Origin: Macrostomum lignano
Taxonomy: Eukaryota
Assembly (NCBI GenBank): GCA_002269645.1
Contig: NIVC01000815.1
Location: forward strand, 237,902-301,901
Length of the DNA stretch: 64,000 bases
Reading direction: 5' to 3'
The first letter of the stretch is position 1; each line of letters starts with the position of its first letter. The notes under the pieces are model-generated. The model was not told the DNA's origin. It ran no database searches and saw nothing but the letters and a program-made list of their open reading frames with translations. Of the stretch, positions 62,955 through 64,000 are shown piece after piece. The position numbers and the translations under genes were made by a program.

Positions 62955-64000
62955 CATGAGTCTATTTGGCGAATATGATGACTATCCTTAGTTCTCGATC
63001 AAGAGCTATGATATATTCATAACTATATAGCTAATGACTCGAGCAGTTATAGATCAGAAATTATTAGTAGGGGATGTACATATGAATACTTTACTCAGAT
63101 GGGTTTGTAAGAACATACTAAACATTTTAGAGCAGATTTTCTAGTGTACACACAATGTCTGAAGCCGAACTGCGTGTTTGCCAAAATGCATTATATAGTC
63201 TAATCCAAGTTCTCAATCAACCTAACATACACGTTACATGTATGTGTATGTTTGCTCAAAGAAATCGAACACCATGTGGTTGTGAGATCCACACTGTACC
63301 ATATACATACTGTACGCTGTCGGAAACCTGGAAGCAGAATTCCATTTAATTGACTACATGTACGATTCCATTTTAATTTGAGTCTAAAACACATCGTTAT
63401 TAAGATATAATTAATTAGCTGAAGTATATTTGTACATGTACGAGTTCTATGCTGCAGTTCATTTATTTAAAAACATAAATGTACATTTGATTGTTCTTCC
63501 AGTTGACATGCGATAGATACATTTAACACAGTTTTATTATTAGATTTAAATTTTTAGTCTTTCTTAGCTACAAGTGTATGGATTTTAACCCACATTGTTG
63601 CATATACATGTACATATTATATGTAATCTTAATTACCGTCACTGCACTCAATTTGTAATAGACATTCAGGATGCAGCGCGCTATCAGTTGGTGCATCACT
63701 TTGCCAAAATCAATTAAAATAAAAAATATCGAACACCCTACATGTAGACACGTAGTATAAATGCTATAGCGGTCCTTGGTAGTAAATGTAGATCTACGTG
63801 TACTAGATTTTTCTCATCATAGCTCCGAAGATCGTTGAGTCGCAGCAGTGTTCATTAAGGGTCTCTCATCTGTTCAGATAACTACTTAATCAATGAAAAC
63901 TCTACTCTTGTTGTACTCTTGTAATAATCTTGTTCTGTTCAATGTTTCCTGCTATAAACATCCGTAATAGAGTACAGTATCATACATAATATACATGTAT

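Overview
Eukaryotic (metazoan) genomic DNA; no prokaryotic features. The composition resembles a Macrostomum-type flatworm, but that is inference only. The centrepiece is a two-exon Hox1/labial gene on the minus strand: exon 1 is 36692-35759 and carries the FKWM hexapeptide, an 11,180-bp phase-1 GT-AG intron follows, and exon 2 is 24578-24073 with a Q22 linker and a labial-class homeodomain (about 479 aa in total). I found no second homeobox. Its neighbours are non-Hox genes: a very large, frameshift-interrupted, low-complexity ORF ending in YETSL (about 170-6285, +), a 147-aa orphan ORF (10724-11167, +) and an intronless RA-domain (N-RASSF-like) gene (45271-46548, +). A decayed, internally deleted RTE-type LINE with a probable 12-bp target-site duplication lies at about 57646-59213 (-). 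About 40% of the window consists of roughly 25 mutually unrelated micro/minisatellite arrays, and these account for nearly all the long ORFs in the ORF track. The most interesting signals are in the unique islands around Hox1: three posterior-class PBX-HOX sites upstream of the start codon, a cluster of labial-class PBX-HOX sites plus a MEIS site about 6 kb downstream, and a splice acceptor 3 nt before the ATG that would put a flatworm spliced-leader AUG in frame.
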